Positions 1 to 7,643 of a stretch of DNA of 32,000 nucleotides are shown here, piece by piece. The position numbers were made by a program, and so were the translations under genes. Numbering within the stretch: position 1 is the stretch's first letter; the number at the start of each line of letters is the position of its first letter. The stretch lies in assembly GCF_000025945.1 (NCBI RefSeq), contig NC_006138.1:2670001-2702000 (forward strand). Direction: 5' to 3'. This DNA is from Desulfotalea psychrophila LSv54. Lineage in GTDB: Bacteria; Desulfobacterota; Desulfobulbia; Desulfobulbales; Desulfocapsaceae. The notes under the pieces were generated by a model. That model was not told the origin of the DNA. It made no database searches and worked only from the letters and a program-made list of their open reading frames with translations.

Positions 1-546
1 TGGGGCGCCCAGGTAATGGAGAACCCCACAGCAGGCATCTCCCTCTTTCTCGATGTAGACCTGGCCCCGGAGGAGATGGAAGTTGATTTTTCCAGACAGG
101 AACTGGCTGAGCGGGAAGAACTTGGCAGCGTAGGCCTGTGGTGCGCACTACACGGAGACTCGATTCTCGGTGCCGGCATGCACCATCTGGCGGCAGCCTT
201 TCTCTTTGCTGATCTCCCCACCGACCTGGCAGGCTATAATATTAACTTTATGGAACCGTTTAGCGATTTTCCCTATCTCAAACAGGCATTTAGTTCGGGA
301 GAGCGCTGGGACACTGATCCGGAGGTGGTACAAGGCCTGCTTAAAGATAGGCTTATCAGCGAAAAGCAGGCAGATCGATTCCTCGACAAGGGGGCCATTG
401 GCAGCCATTTGGAGAATATTCAGCGCCGGGATGGCTATAAGGGCTTTAACCAAGAGAACGTCAGCGTCATCATAGCGGAAACTGATCCCCGAAGGGTTGC
501 TGATGTTAGAGGGGACCTGCCCCATCACTGGTCGAAAATGCCGTAA
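1..546 (+). CDS. hypothetical protein, probably 5'-partial (frame is open to the window edge)
   Basis: ORF 16..546 has no in-frame stop between position 1 and the first ATG. Composition matches the GC-balanced flank. No recognisable motif. Confidence 0.45.
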   Translation, partial: WGAQVMENPTAGISLFLDVDLAPEEMEVDFSRQELAEREELGSVGLWCALHGDSILGAGMHHLAAAFLFADLPTDLAGYNINFMEPFSDFPYLKQAFSSGERWDTDPEVVQGLLKDRLISEKQADRFLDKGAIGSHLENIQRRDGYKGFNQENVSVIIAETDPRRVADVRGDLPHHWSKMP

Positions 547-835
547 CTTCTTTGTTGTAAGGGCATGCCCTACAGGTTTTCAACCGGCATAAGCATGGTT
601 GATATCAAAAAAAAGTCTATCAGATCATGGATCTTCAACCTTTGTAATCTTAACCGAAAAGAGGGGCACTGGCTGGGGGCTACAAGATCAGCCTCTCAGC
701 AGCTCCGGTCGGTTCCACAGACAATACGAGCAACAAATGCTGAGCCTGGAGAGGATGAAAGGCCTGCTTGAGAACAGGTTCATTAGCGGGACCACGTTGA
801 ACAATTTCCTAGCTACATGTTTGATTATCTGTGGA

Positions 836-1283
836 TTATTTAAACAAAAACCTTTCTCTAAACCACCCAAGTTGCAACGTTGGTAAAAAGAATATCTTTA
901 AACCATATTTGTATTGAAATGGTCGGTATTTATTTAGAGTATCGGTAAAATTTAACAATTTTTTCTCATCTTCGTCATAGCCTTGTTCTATTTTTATTTC
1001 TATGACCAAAAGATTATTCTCAAGTTCAAGCCTTCCACGTTTATGTATAACGATATCTGGTCTCTTATGATTTTTGTGAGAATCATGTTTCGGGTCAAGT
1101 TCTTCACCCATTTCGTTGTATTCACAATCAACATTAAATCCAGAGAAATACTCTTCTAGATTAACAGCATAACCTATGCGCAGTTGCCCATTCCAGTTTA
1201 TTGCATATCAGTTCCAGATCGTTGATCTGAACCTTTTTTATTGCCCCTAAGATAATTTTTTCTAAAATTTCGTGTTCCATCAT
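836..1283 (-). pseudogene. PD-(D/E)xK nuclease-fold-like protein, frameshifted
   Basis: The C-terminal ORF 836..1111 contains RPDIVIHKRG...NLLVIEIK, a D...E.K restriction-endonuclease-like core. That frame stays open to 1207 (..NGQLRIGYAVNLEEYFSGFNVDCEYNE..) without a start codon. A 40-codon ORF beginning ATGATG at 1283 runs into it in a different frame. Confidence 0.5.
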
Positions 1284-1341
1284 TTTTTTATCCAATGCAC
1301 TTCATCTTTTATTTAGATAACGCCAAGTTAAATAGCGCACG

Positions 1342-1707
1342 TTAACGCATCTCAGCTTTAGTCCTTATTGGCTTCTTGAACTTCGAAGCTAGTTTAAATT
1401 TTAAGTTGCTTACGGTCTCTTCTCTATCAAAAGAGGCTTGAACTGCAATAATTGGGATACAATTTCTTTTAGCCTCACGCAACTCCCATTGAACCCATTC
1501 AGACTCATTAATAGAGTTGGATGACATTAGCAGTAACAATTGAGCTTGCGATAGCATCTGTTCTACGTGGCGTTGCTTGTCTATTGAGTCGTTATGTAAC
1601 AAGTCGATGTAATAAGACCCGTATTCTGAAAGCACCTCGGACACACTCTCTAATAGTTTACGATCAATATAGTGATCTCTAGTGGTATAACTAACGAATA
1701 TTCCCAT
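1342..1707 (-). CDS. minimal TIR-like domain protein (~121 aa)
   Basis: N-terminal IFVSYTTRD strand motif. SEWVQWELREA matches the S-x-W-x-x-x-E-L TIR motif that carries the catalytic Glu. ATG at 1707 is preferred over the TTG at 1719 used by the ORF track. The start lies 1 nt after the stop of the upstream membrane ORF. Confidence 0.7.
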   Translation of the reverse strand: MGIFVSYTTRDHYIDRKLLESVSEVLSEYGSYYIDLLHNDSIDKQRHVEQMLSQAQLLLLMSSNSINESEWVQWELREAKRNCIPIIAVQASFDREETVSNLKFKLASKFKKPIRTKAEMR

Positions 1708-1708
1708 G

Positions 1709-2156
1709 TCACTTACCAATCCAATTCATAAAAAATGCAAACCAGCCTATAAGCCCTAGTGTCGATAAAGCATAGTAAAGAGACATTGAATGATTAAATG
1801 CCGCACCTAGCCAGCTTACTCCTAATTGTTCAGGTTGATAGTTGTCAATTAAATTTCTTTGAGCTATTGCTTGCAGTTTCCTGTTCATGGCAATTCTCGT
1901 TTTTCTTTGAAAGTAATATGCTGAAAAAATCTGCGACCCAAAACCCGAAGCAAATTAATAGCGGTATGAGAAAATATGTATGATCAAGTTGGTTGTCAGT
2001 AAGTTTAACTAGTATAGCTAAAGCGGCACCAATAAGCCCTACACATATTTTTTTGAACTCAAAACAGCTCTTACTAATCTGTAGTGTAGCCTCATGAAGT
2101 TGATCCACGCACGCCCAGTCTAATTCGTCCTCACATGTTTTCTTATATTCTGTCAT
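1709..2156 (-). CDS. small three-TM membrane protein, split into two overlapping ORFs (1845..2156 and 1709..1888) by a frameshift
   Basis: The 103-aa ORF has two hydrophobic helices (GLIGAALAILV, FLIPLLICFGFWVADFF) followed by a hydrophilic junk-like tail. A 59-aa ORF in another frame (MNRKLQAIAQRNL...LYYALSTLGLIGWFAFFMNWIGK) adds a third helix and ends at TGA 1709-1711. Removing one base from the A6/T6 run at 1924-1929 fuses them into one ~148-aa protein. Confidence 0.5.
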
Positions 2157-2242
2157 ATGTTTTTCGTACTCTAAATTTTTTGGGGTGAAGCTAACGCTTC
2201 AAACACCTGCGCAGCTTTGCTGCGTCCGAGTGCTTTGATTTG

Positions 2243-3160
2243 TTATGCTTTTTTATTATTATTTATAGATGCAAGGACATTAGGTATATCATCAATAGAA
2301 CATAATGTAATTTGGTTTGAGGCAACGCCGCACTTTTCCAGTTGTCTTATGTGGTTTTTCCCTTCGTCTTCTGAGTATTGACTAACAACCCATTTACTAC
2401 TTTGGGTCACGTTGGATATCTTTTTAAAATATGGAATATCAATGTCATTTAAAGAATGGCCTATGACCACTACAACCTCGACATTTTCAAGATTTTTGAA
2501 GTAACTAAGACTGTAATCTATAATGTCGTCAATCGGCTTCTGAAAAGCATAAAACGGGTACTTAGCTGAACCTTCAGCGTCAGTGAACATGGTACGATTG
2601 CTTTCCCAATTTTCATCTAATTCAGGTACTTCTTCCATTGACTCGCCATGTCCAAAAATTAAGCGATCATATTTGACGACACTACCATGAATATGAAAAA
2701 CTAGATCATCAGATATTCCATAAACCATTTGAAGAATGGATGTGTAGTTAAATGAGATAAATCGACACGCCGATCTAAAGTCAAACTTCGCTTCGACACC
2801 ATCAATAGAAATGGATTCAATCCACTCCTGAAATTGCTACTGAATGTCATCAACTAAATTGTCAGCCTGCTCTTTGATATCGTCTTCAAGGCCATATGCC
2901 ATGCTTGGCTTGAATGAATCATCTGAGACGTCAATGAAATTATGGTTATTATAAAATATTTCCCAATCGAACTTGCCAAGAACTACTTCAAAGTTGTTCC
3001 ACGGATTTTCTGTAATTATGTCAAAACATAGATACTGCTCCAACTCATCAAGATGGGTCTCTGAAAACGCATAGAAGTCAGTGTACTTAGTGGGTAACCC
3101 ATGCCATAGATCAAATCCGTTACCAATTACATACAAAATTTCCATGTCGATAATTCCCAT
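2243..3160 (-). pseudogene. abiH: AbiH-family abortive-infection protein interrupted by one in-frame TAG
   Basis: The N-terminal ORF has ILYVIGNGFDLWHGLPTKYTDFY, the AbiH signature. The C-terminal ORF has FHIHGS and VVIGHSLNDIDIPYF. ORFs 2837..3160 and 2243..2728 are in the same frame. The 36 intervening codons (QFQEWIESISIDGVEAKFDFRSACRFISFNYTSILQ) are open. The only block is the TAG at 2837-2839. Confidence 0.8.
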
Positions 3161-3282
3161 CCGTAACGATTTGTATATGGGTTCGCATAACGCCTCGTCA
3201 ACTGGCGCGAGATTGTTGTTTTTGCGTGTTTTTGTTTTGCAAAAATAATGACAGCCGTTACACGTCTGCTTGATTTACCTTA

Positions 3283-4050
3283 TTAAGCCGTTTCTAACTT
3301 ATATTGTCCTGTGGACATTTTTGCTCTAGTTAATCTAGGACGACATCCTGCTCGTTCGGGCAAATCATTAACCAGGATTTCCAGTTCTCGATAATTATTA
3401 GAAGACATTTTTGTACCAGCTATTACCCGAGTAATCATAGTCTGGTCAAACTTATGGATACCCGGCCCTTTTTTCATAGCAAGTACTCTATACTCTGACT
3501 CATACTCCCAATCTAATGATTTAGTCAAAAATATTTTTTTTACTGCATTAAAATTTCTAGTACCTGCAATAATGATTGGCATATTCGCAGAGTACTCAAC
3601 ATCCCAACCAAATAGCTTTTTCTCTACGTTGCCCATATGCATATTTTCATTTACGTTGTTGGTAGTAAACTCAACTACAAATCCTGCATGATTATCAGCA
3701 TAATGCGACCACATAAGGATATTGTCAGGCTTTTTCGTCAAGCAACATATTCCAACATTACCAATAATCCCATCATGAAACACACCAGATTTCAAAGACT
3801 TTCTTATACCATCAAGCATTTTATTTTTCTTTTGTATACAACTGGCTGGTGACAACCCTAGCTGCCGACCTACTTCCTTAAATATGTCAGGACGAGATTC
3901 TATGTACAGCATCGATTCGTCAATGTCATACGCCGTTTTGCAATCAAACGGATCATTAAATTCTGAGTAATGGCTAAATTTCATAGTGCCTTGGGACAAA
4001 ATGCATTTTGAGCCATCAGTAAATGGTAAGTATTTATAAAATTTCAGCAC
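3283..4050 (-). CDS. DUF2971 family protein
   Basis: N-terminus FYKYLPF....ILSQGTMKFSHYSEFNDPFD matches the DUF2971 hallmark (YKY ... L.FS....FNDPFE). GTG start at 4050. Confidence 0.75.
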   Translation of the reverse strand: MLKFYKYLPFTDGSKCILSQGTMKFSHYSEFNDPFDCKTAYDIDESMLYIESRPDIFKEVGRQLGLSPASCIQKKNKMLDGIRKSLKSGVFHDGIIGNVGICCLTKKPDNILMWSHYADNHAGFVVEFTTNNVNENMHMGNVEKKLFGWDVEYSANMPIIIAGTRNFNAVKKIFLTKSLDWEYESEYRVLAMKKGPGIHKFDQTMITRVIAGTKMSSNNYRELEILVNDLPERAGCRPRLTRAKMSTGQYKLETA

Positions 4051-4186
4051 AAAGATCCCTCACTTTTACGACTGCGGCTTGGTTATGATTGATCAATGAT
4101 GATCTTTAATTTAGAATTTTGGCAAAAGCCCAATCAGCGAAATATTGCCATGCTCTTTATACATTTATGGGGGGCTAATGAAATAT

Positions 4187-4540
4187 TCAATCAAGTGCTT
4201 CTTTTTTCCAATCAATCATTGATATTTCAGGGATAAATATAGATTTTTTATCCAAATTTCCATCTCCATTTTCATCAATTAACATATACTCTTGCAAACC
4301 ATCTCCATTTTCATCAACGTTTATTCTTCTGATGATTCGGTCTCTATATACTATCTGAGCAATTGACCCATCATTAGCTTTAATTTTTAAATATTGAATA
4401 TAGCTTTTTTTAATTACGTCTGAATTGTAAAAACCGTCCCATTGATCAATTACCTTGCCACCTAACCATCTATTTGGATTAAGTTGGCTATTTTTACCAA
4501 TTTCATGAGTTTCCAATTTAATAGTTGGAGGCCAAATCAT
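4187..4540 (-). CDS. hypothetical small protein with two DENGDG (DxDxDG-like, Ca-binding-type) motifs
   Basis: ORF of 117 aa containing VDENGDGLQE and IDENGDGNLD spaced 10 residues apart. Same strand and composition as the neighbouring island genes. Confidence 0.5.
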   Translation of the reverse strand: MIWPPTIKLETHEIGKNSQLNPNRWLGGKVIDQWDGFYNSDVIKKSYIQYLKIKANDGSIAQIVYRDRIIRRINVDENGDGLQEYMLIDENGDGNLDKKSIFIPEISMIDWKKEALD

Positions 4541-4569
4541 ACTTACAGATATCGGTTTAAATATAAAAT

Positions 4570-5181
4570 TTAAATTTTCATTGACAGGTGGATAGTTTTT
4601 GGCATTGATCGAAATACCAATATTAATTTTTTTTGGAATAAAATGTCTTTTTTTTCATTTACATGGAGACCAATAATTGTTGCTGTATACGCTGGAACTC
4701 CATCTGACAAAACCACAAGTATTTCTTCAACTGCAAAAAAAGTTGGAAATGAAAGCACATCAATTGTTGGTAACGGAGTATAATTTTTTGAAACTGACAA
4801 TAAACCAAAATTGTGCTCGAAAACTAACTTTCCCGGTTCAATTGGAACCTTTTGTTCAGCTTCTGATCTGATATCCAATGATTTATCATAAGTTAATTCA
4901 ACTTTGACAATTTCTAGGGGCTCATCATTTTTATTCTTTATTGCTAGATTAATCGGCATCCTAATCCTACTTGCGAACAAATCGCTTTCGTTCAAGGTGA
5001 CTTCGATGTTATTTGTATCGACTAAAAAAATATCACCCTTTTGATCTTTTTTATACCATGCGATTCCTATTTTTAAGTTTTTATACCAACCATTTATTTC
5101 CTGACACACACTAAACGCCGAAGATATTAAACCAGCAATTAAAGCTAATCCGCCTATTATAAGCCATACTTTTTTTAACAT
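4570..5181 (-). CDS. hypothetical N-terminally membrane-anchored protein
   Basis: ORF of 203 aa. The N-terminus KKVWLIIGGLALIAGLISSAF is a single hydrophobic anchor. The rest is beta-rich-looking with no recognised motif. Confidence 0.55.
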   Translation of the reverse strand: MLKKVWLIIGGLALIAGLISSAFSVCQEINGWYKNLKIGIAWYKKDQKGDIFLVDTNNIEVTLNESDLFASRIRMPINLAIKNKNDEPLEIVKVELTYDKSLDIRSEAEQKVPIEPGKLVFEHNFGLLSVSKNYTPLPTIDVLSFPTFFAVEEILVVLSDGVPAYTATIIGLHVNEKKDILFQKKLILVFRSMPKTIHLSMKI

Positions 5182-5455
5182 AATTAGTTTTTTATCGAAT
5201 TACATTGTTAGTTAATTAAATGATTTTGTGGAATGCCATAATTATGATATACTGCCAAATGCACTGTCCAACAAGTTATTACACAGACCTGTAGCACAAT
5301 TTTGTCTAATAGAGGCCCATCATACAGTCGTCTTCCGGCAGACAACATTCTTACAGGGGCCAGGAAAGGCTCTCCCTCCCCTCGCAAAGAGTTGCCCCCC
5401 TCTTACACTATTAATTGGTTATGAGCAATAATTAAGAGCCTTTATCTATGAACAA

Positions 5456-5704
5456 CAGGGCGAGCCCTTGCCCAGCAGGGATGGATTGGCCTGCCTTGCC
5501 CTCCCCCTCTCAGTTGCCCGAACGGAGTGAAGCTGGCGCGTGGGCAGGTCAGGACGGCCTGCCAGCTGCGAGGACAGGAGTCCGTTCGCAACCTTAGTGG
5601 AAGCTGAAACGAGAGTGAGGATTAGCAACTGAGCCGGGGCGGCATGGGGTTCGAAGGGGGGAATGCTTCCCCCTTTGGCCAGTGCGGGTGGCAAGCCGCG
5701 ATCC
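5456..5704 (+). repeat. GC-rich structured repeat, copy 1 (candidate ncRNA)
   Basis: The core 5509-5704 contains CTCAGTTGC (5509-5517) pairing with GCAACTGAG (5625-5633), and CGAACGGA (5519-5526) pairing with TCCGTTCG (5581-5588). It also has the hairpin GGGGGAA-TGC-TTCCCCC (5657-5673) and a terminal stem GCGG/CCGC (5684-5699). Confidence 0.85.
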
Positions 5705-6052
5705 AAAGCAACTCAAAAAAGCAGCCATTATCAGGGTAAAACCTACCTGATTCTTTTAACTAGTCTGGACGGGAAGTACGGGAATAACCATTAGCTATGG
5801 ACAACAGAGGCGAGCCCCTGCCAACAGAGGGGGCGCCCTGCCCTCCCCCTCTCAGTTGCCCGAACGGAGTGAAGCTGGCGCGTGGGCAGGTCAGGACGAA
5901 CTGCCAGCTGCGAGGACAGGAGTCCGTTCGCAGCGTTAGCGGAAGCTGAAATGAGAGTGAGGATTAGCAACTGAGCCGGGGCGGCATGGGGTTCAAAGGG
6001 GGGAATGCTGCTGTTTCCCCCTTTGGCCAGTGCGAGTGGCAACCCGCGATCG
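5705..6052 (+). repeat. GC-rich structured repeat, copy 2 with leader
   Basis: Same core (CTCAGTTGC at 5851-5859, end at 6052). It has a 6-nt insertion confined to the loop of the G/C hairpin. The leader 5705-5800 is homologous to the leader of copy 4. Confidence 0.85.
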
Positions 6053-6460
6053 AGGACAAGCCAATTTTTAGATTGCCCTATCAACGATTAGTCTCAGCGT
6101 GGAAACCCCACAAAGTAACACCTTATCATGGTAAAACTTATCTGATTCTTTTGGCCGTCCCTCAGGAAAGGGACACAGACAAAGGCAATTGTGCTGTAAT
6201 ATTCCGGAACAATGGGAAAAGGAGACAGAGCGAGGTGCTGGACACCAGTTTTCATCGTCCCCCTCTCAGTTGCCCGAACGGAGTGAAGCTGGCGCGTGGG
6301 CAGGTCAGGACGAACTGCCAGCTGCGAGGAGAGGAGTCCGTTCGCAACCTTAGTGGAAGCTGAAACGAGAGTGAGGATTAGCAACTGAGCCGGGGCGGCA
6401 TGGGGTTCAAAGGGGGGAATGCTTCCCCCTTTGGCCAGTGCGGGTGGCAACCCGTGATCC
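6053..6460 (+). repeat. GC-rich structured repeat, copy 3 with leader
   Basis: Core 6265-6460 is near-identical to copy 1. The leader 6053-6150 is homologous to 8330-8405. The segment between leader and core differs from copies 2 and 4. Confidence 0.85.
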
Positions 6461-6491
6461 GGTGACTTTATCATCAAACTCAGGAAATTTG

Positions 6492-6803
6492 TTAAATGAA
6501 GTAGTTAGCATCAACAGGCTCACCAACAGTTATCTCTGGCACCTGCCCCTGATTGGACAACCATCCTGTGATAGCTTCACGAACCTCTTCAGTCGCAGAA
6601 TCATAGCGATGGCCTGAGCAGACAAACATACTGAAGTCATCAGGTGCCCCTCCGCCTCCTACGATAAGTTTTCTACTCCGAACCAGGTCAATTAGGTCAT
6701 CGAGAAACCTAGCAAACTCCTCTTCTGAGTTGGTATTTATTCGGCAATCAAATTGAAATCCATAGACCGCAAATTCAATCAGATACAGTATTTTCGAATC
6801 TAC
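6492..6803 (-). pseudogene. yggL: YggL (DUF469)-like gene lacking a start codon and the N-terminal basic segment
   Basis: The minus-frame translation is ..LIEFAVYGFQFDCRINTNSEEEFARFLDDLIDLVRSRKLIVGGGGAPDDF...TEEVREAITGWLSNQ... It parallels E. coli YggL (IDEFQELGFSV..SEEQIDKTVDDFINEVIEPNKLAFDGSG..TEEHQAIVRKWLEER). There is an in-frame TAG at 6804-6806 and no ATG or GTG before the conserved core. Confidence 0.6.
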
Positions 6804-6857
6804 CTATTTTGAACCCAATCGCACGCTTACGGTTGGGTTTTCACCCTTGGAAAAAGC

Positions 6858-6895
6858 TTGACGCAAACATTTAACTAATATACTAGTATACTAGT
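6858..6895 (+). promoter_or_regulatory. candidate promoter (TTGACG ... TATACT) overlapped by the perfect 14-bp palindrome ACTAGTATACTAGT
   Basis: TTGACG lies at 6858-6863. TATACT occurs at 6879-6884 (15-nt spacer) and again at 6887-6892. The palindrome at 6882-6895 reads the same on both strands and contains a GT..AC core of the kind used by GntR-family operators. Confidence 0.35.
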
Positions 6896-7193
6896 GTGCA
6901 TGAGACGATCAAGTCATCGGAGAGGAAATTGACGAAATTTTTAATAAAATTTGTCTGCCTAGGGGTGTCGTCAATATTGTTCACGGGAATCGATCTATCC
7001 CAGGAACCTGCCACGATTCGTTATACCCCTTCAGCCGATGCAAATGAAGAAGGCACGAGAAAAGAAGGAAATAATTCTGTTAAGAGTTGTGTCGCACAAT
7101 AATAATTGTGGGTTCCTCGACGCGGCCACTTCAATTTGAGAAAGCGGCAACTGTTCTCTCACTAAATTTTTTAAAGTATAGAGGTTATACAAA

Positions 7194-7469
7194 ATGTCTC
7201 AGTTTCAATATGGATTTATCATCAAAGCTCCCGGTTATACATTTGGAGAAAAAAATCAGGTTTTAGAGTCAGACGCATTCAAAAGCAATATTGTTGGCGT
7301 AGGGACAATAGAAGAGGGCTGCGACGCCGCAAAATTGCTTGTTAAAAATGGTGCTACTTTAATTGAACTTTGTAGTGGATTTAAAGCTGAGGATGCGAAG
7401 AAGGTTTTTGAAGCCATCGATGGTTCAGCAAAAGTTGGCTATGTTGGTGATTTTTTCGTTAATGCGTAA
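7194..7469 (+). CDS. hypothetical small protein (91 aa)
   Basis: Clean ORF with RBS AGAGG 8 nt upstream of the ATG, followed by a 12-bp-stem inverted repeat. No motif recognised. Confidence 0.65.
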   Translation: MSQFQYGFIIKAPGYTFGEKNQVLESDAFKSNIVGVGTIEEGCDAAKLLVKNGATLIELCSGFKAEDAKKVFEAIDGSAKVGYVGDFFVNA

Positions 7470-7490
7470 GTAAATATTGGCATAGTGTGT

Positions 7491-7528
7491 TACTCTCAGG
7501 AGGTTTTTGTTAAAATCTCCTGAGAGTA
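7491..7528 (+). terminator. 12-bp-stem inverted repeat between the 91-aa ORF and gntR (terminator or operator)
   Basis: TACTCTCAGGAG (7491-7502) and CTCCTGAGAGTA (7517-7528) are perfect complements with a 14-nt loop. No U-tract follows. Confidence 0.4.
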
Positions 7529-7643
7529 TCTGGCGATACTGTTTACGGTAGTCAAGGTTGGGTAAACGGGATATCAAACATCACAGGTATTGAATAATTT
7601 GTTTCACCCTCTTTAACTCAAATTTTGTTTATAGGAAATTCGA

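Noticed and set aside
565-886. ORFs 565..771, 599..886 and 688..870 between the first gene and the island
   Set aside because: They are mutually overlapping, with no RBS, no motifs and mixed composition. This is most likely non-coding junction DNA.
2837-2839. TAG in abiH (and TGA at 20267-20269) as programmed recoding (pyrrolysine or selenocysteine)
   Set aside because: Neither gene belongs to a family known to use Pyl or Sec. The surrounding genes show frameshifts and truncations typical of decay. No pyl or sel machinery is visible in the window. Simple nonsense mutations are the economical explanation, though not formally excluded.
5640-5675. GGGGTTCGAAGGGG resembling a tRNA T-arm (GGTTCGAA), suggesting a tRNA or tmRNA
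   Set aside because: No complementary 3' half of a T-stem follows, and there is no acceptor stem, anticodon arm or CCA context. The motif is embedded in the larger repeat.
5446-6477. Minus-strand ORFs of 86, 97 and 127 aa (..PALAKGGSIPPFEPHAAPAQLLILTL..) as a small protein family
   Set aside because: They exist only because the nucleotide repeat is conserved. Starts and ends differ in every copy. Copy 4 (8325-8705) has 4-nt and 2-nt indels and no ORF of 60 aa or more. Substitutions between copies are pairwise-compensatory in predicted stems rather than synonymous-biased.
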